Source of the DNA: Candidatus Saganbacteria bacterium
GTDB taxonomy: Bacteria > Margulisbacteria > WOR-1 > XYC2-FULL-46-14 > WPAF01
DNA: 64,000 nt
Assembly (NCBI GenBank): GCA_016223205.1
Contig: JACRPM010000010.1
Location: forward strand, 26,441-90,440
Reading direction: 5' to 3'
Part shown: piece after piece, positions 61,345 through 64,000 of the stretch
Position numbering within the stretch: the first letter of the stretch is position 1
Layout of the letters: each line of letters starts with the position of its first letter
Translations under genes and position numbers: made by a program
The notes under the pieces: generated by a model
What the model saw: the letters and a program-made list of their open reading frames with translations, nothing else
The model's database searches: none
Told to the model about the DNA's origin: nothing

Positions 61345-63716
61345 TATCCTAACACCGCTTCTACGTGATGATCTTGGTCATCTTTGAAAAGCGGCACCCG
61401 GTTGCCGGAGATCTGGTTGCCGTCCACGATCAAGTGCTTGACCCCTTTATTCACGCCTTTAGGATTTCTTACGGTTATGAAGTAAGTGCAACCCCGGAAG
61501 ACCCTTTTAACTTCAAACCCCTTCCACTTTTTGGGGATGCAGGGATCGATGACGAGACCGTGATAATCCGGACGGATCCCCAGGATATACTGGGAGATCG
61601 CGACCATCGCCCAGGAGGCAGTGCCGGTAAGCCAGCTGTTGCGGCCCAGCCCGAACTGGGGATGTTCCTTGCCTAAGATATTTTGGCAGTAGACGTAGGG
61701 CTCTACTTCGTAAACCTCGGCGATGTCGTTCTTTAAAGAAGGCAGGATCTGGCGGTAATATTGGTAAGCCAGGTCCCCTTCTCCCAGCATGGTTTGGGCG
61801 ATCATCTGCCAGGGATTGGTCTGCAAAAATATCCCACCGTTCTCTTTGGCGCCGGGAGGGTAGGTGGTGGTGCCGCCGATCTTCCAATCAAAGTGATCGT
61901 AAGCCGGCCAGATCAAGACCAGCCCGTATTTGGTGTTGAGATATTTATGAGCCGAAGCCAGCGCGGTCTTGGCCCTGTGGTTGGTCGCAAAACCCGCCAT
62001 CACCGCCCAGCTTTGCATCAAAAGATAGATCTTGGCTTTTTCGTTGAGGTGGCTGCCGACTTTCTTTCCCTCATCCGTATAGGCCCGCAGATACCACTTG
62101 CCGTCCCAGCCGGCCTTGGAGTTTACGATCTTTGAAAAATGCTTATGAAGGTCCGCGTATTTTTTGGCCAGCTCTTCTTTGTTCAGGATGCGGCAAAGGG
62201 CGATCATCTCGAGCAGGGCCACGCCCAAAAGCATGGTGCTCCACACCGACTCCGCCTGGCCCTTGCCGGTGTCCAGATTTAAGGTGTCGTCCCAATCCGC
62301 CCAGCCCGCCAGGGTTAAGCCGTGTTTGCCCACATGGGAGACGGAGAAATCGACGGCTGCTTTTAAATGTTCGAAGACCGGGAACTTGCCGTCCTCTTTG
62401 AAGGTCACCTTTTCATTAAGCAGTTCGTAATCCCCGGTCTCCTTAAGATAAGCGCAGACCGCCAGGATGATCCACAGGTGATCGTCCGAATACCATTTAG
62501 CGGCTTTTTTGGTGCCCTCCGCGGCATCTCCGGATTCCACCTCTCCGGTCAGCGGATAAAATTGATGGGCGGCGTGGCCGTCGCGGTACTGGATCTCCAG
62601 TAATTTGAACAGAGTATGGCGGGCTTCATCCGGGATGGTGTGCATCACGCCCAGGGTGTCTTGCGCGGTATCGCGGAAACCCATACCCCGGTTGACTCCC
62701 AGCTGGTAGAGGGAGACAAAACGCGACCAGTTGAAGGTGCATTTGCATTGGTACTGGTTCCAGATATTCACCATCACGTTGGTCTCGTCGTCGGGGGTTT
62801 TCGCTTCGAATTTGGAAAGGTAGCCGCCCATTTTTTTCTTAAGCTCCGCCAGGGCTACCTGGCAATTCTCGCTTTTGCGGTATTTTTTGATAAGGGGCAG
62901 GGCCCGCTCGGGCTTATCGGTCGTGCCCAAAATAAAGACGACCTCTTTTTCTTCGTGGGGTTTAAGGTCCACTTCCACGCATAATCCTCCCACGCCGTTG
63001 CCCCGCAAAGCCTCCGAGTTGGAGCATTTTCCCGTTTCCACGCAGATCGGGTTGGCCAGGGAGCGGTAGGGGCCGACAAATTTTTCGCGGTCGGTGTCGA
63101 ATCCCGCGATCTTCCCATTGGTCGCAAAATAGGTATAACCCTGGGTCTTCATAAAAGAGGTCCAGAAGATGGTCTGCTGTTTGAATACCGCCTGGTCGAT
63201 CTGCTGGCACCAGTCCACATTGGTCTGGTCCTTCACCGCTTCATAAAAACTGAATTCGGCGTAGCTGAAAAGCTTCAGCCGCCGGGGCTTGCCGTTCATA
63301 TTTTTTACCTTGACCACCCAAACTTCCAGGGCCTGCTGGTTATCCGGCACAAAGTAGGTGACGGAAGATCTGATCTTCTCGTATTCCGAAGTGATGATCG
63401 TATAGCCCAATCCATGCCGGCACTCGTAAGCTTTTAGCTGGTTGTAAGTAGGGGCCCAGGTGGGCGACCAGAACTTTCCGCTCAATTCATCCCGGATATA
63501 AACATAGCGGCCGGGCTGGTCGGTCGGGACGGAATTGTAGCGGTAGCGCAGGATGCGCTTGTTCTTGGGATCGCGGTCGAAAGAATAACCCCCTCCCGTC
63601 TGCGAGACGAATCCCCCGTAATTGCCGGCGCCGATATAGTTGATCCAGGGGGTGGGGGTGTCGGGGCGGTTGATGATATACTCTCGATTTTCGGTGTCAA
63701 ACGATCCGTAACGCAT
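61344..63716 (-). CDS. Glycoside hydrolase family 94 phosphorylase (cellobiose/chitobiose phosphorylase-like)
   Basis: N-terminal MRYGSFDTENREYIINRPDTPTPWINYIGAGNYGGFVSQTGGGYSFDRDPKNKRILRYRYNSVP is closely similar to GH94 cellobiose phosphorylase N-termini. 790 aa. Confidence 0.8.
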   Translation of the reverse strand: MRYGSFDTENREYIINRPDTPTPWINYIGAGNYGGFVSQTGGGYSFDRDPKNKRILRYRYNSVPTDQPGRYVYIRDELSGKFWSPTWAPTYNQLKAYECRHGLGYTIITSEYEKIRSSVTYFVPDNQQALEVWVVKVKNMNGKPRRLKLFSYAEFSFYEAVKDQTNVDWCQQIDQAVFKQQTIFWTSFMKTQGYTYFATNGKIAGFDTDREKFVGPYRSLANPICVETGKCSNSEALRGNGVGGLCVEVDLKPHEEKEVVFILGTTDKPERALPLIKKYRKSENCQVALAELKKKMGGYLSKFEAKTPDDETNVMVNIWNQYQCKCTFNWSRFVSLYQLGVNRGMGFRDTAQDTLGVMHTIPDEARHTLFKLLEIQYRDGHAAHQFYPLTGEVESGDAAEGTKKAAKWYSDDHLWIILAVCAYLKETGDYELLNEKVTFKEDGKFPVFEHLKAAVDFSVSHVGKHGLTLAGWADWDDTLNLDTGKGQAESVWSTMLLGVALLEMIALCRILNKEELAKKYADLHKHFSKIVNSKAGWDGKWYLRAYTDEGKKVGSHLNEKAKIYLLMQSWAVMAGFATNHRAKTALASAHKYLNTKYGLVLIWPAYDHFDWKIGGTTTYPPGAKENGGIFLQTNPWQMIAQTMLGEGDLAYQYYRQILPSLKNDIAEVYEVEPYVYCQNILGKEHPQFGLGRNSWLTGTASWAMVAISQYILGIRPDYHGLVIDPCIPKKWKGFEVKRVFRGCTYFITVRNPKGVNKGVKHLIVDGNQISGNRVPLFKDDQDHHVEAVLG

Positions 63717-64000
63717 TTATATCCTTTCCTTTCCATTTGAGCACACTTCCGAACAAGCTGAAAGTCGCGTAAACGATCTTTCCCTTGCCCAGCTTTTTTC
63801 TGATAATTGCCGGTTTCTCGCAGCCGGCCAAAACATCTTGAAATCCCCAGGCCTCGGCCTTGGTTTTAGGGAGCGGTAGGCGGTTATCCATGATCTGCGT
63901 ATAAAGATGCTTGATATTCAGCAGTTCCTCCAGCAAAGGTTTGGGGTAAAGGTGGGCATTCTCATCCTTTAACCCAAAGCGGGATTCGGTGACCAGGGTC
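63697..64000 (-). CDS. Hypothetical protein, C-terminal part (gene continues past the right edge)
   Basis: Minus-strand frame open from 64000: ...TLVTESRFGLKDENAHLYPKPLLEELLNIKHLYTQIMDNRLPLPKTKAEAWGFQDVLAGCEKPAIIRKKLGKGKIVYATFSLFGSVLKWKGKDINALRIV*. Overlaps the GH94 start by 20 nt. Confidence 0.35.
   Translation of the reverse strand, partial: TLVTESRFGLKDENAHLYPKPLLEELLNIKHLYTQIMDNRLPLPKTKAEAWGFQDVLAGCEKPAIIRKKLGKGKIVYATFSLFGSVLKWKGKDINALRIV

Noticed and set aside
4445-64000. tRNA or other stable RNA genes in intergenic spacers
   Set aside because: All spacers were read. None shows tRNA arm structure (no GTTCGAATC-type T-arm or anticodon stem context) or rRNA-like conservation. The spacers are occupied by palindromic repeats or promoters.

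Overview
This 64 kb window is a gene-dense stretch of a mid/high-GC uncultivated bacterium with a diderm-type envelope. Evidence for the envelope: SLH-domain outer-membrane proteins, a short LptD/OstA-like protein, FadL/PorV-like barrels, and type IV pilins. Housekeeping genes include a SpoU methyltransferase, pheS-pheT, mutS, dnaB, tmk, alaS, ruvX, mltG, guaA, a guaB-like gene, htrA, a bioB-bioF-bioD-bioA operon, a GH94 phosphorylase and a GltD-like oxidoreductase. They are interleaved with accessory content. (1) A 12 kb gene encodes a 4008-aa secreted beta-helix/Ig-repeat protein with a T9SS-type C-terminal sorting domain. It is followed by a FadL/PorV-like barrel fused to SLH domains. (2) A second cargo gene with a T9SS-type CTD (1085 aa, 7 tandem ~95-aa repeats) heads a translationally coupled operon: cargo, FadL-like-TPR, TPR/Zn-ribbon/AAA ATPase, response regulator. 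(3) An AbiEi/AbiEii toxin-antitoxin pair is inserted between guaB and guaA. (4) A DUF1016 PDDEXK-nuclease gene is inserted into the 5' end of a GT2 glycosyltransferase gene, flanked by a 33-bp direct duplication. (5) A 1.7 kb cassette carries a four-helix-bundle (23S-IVS/Avd-like) gene and an FHA-transmembrane gene, bracketed by three copies of a ~150-nt imperfect palindromic element. (6) Several families of GC-rich palindromic mini-repeats occur in intergenic spaces and also in-frame inside pheT, mutS-upstream, a gltD-like gene, bioA, bioF and the bioB 3' end, in the manner of Rickettsia palindromic elements. No rRNA, tRNA or CRISPR array was found.
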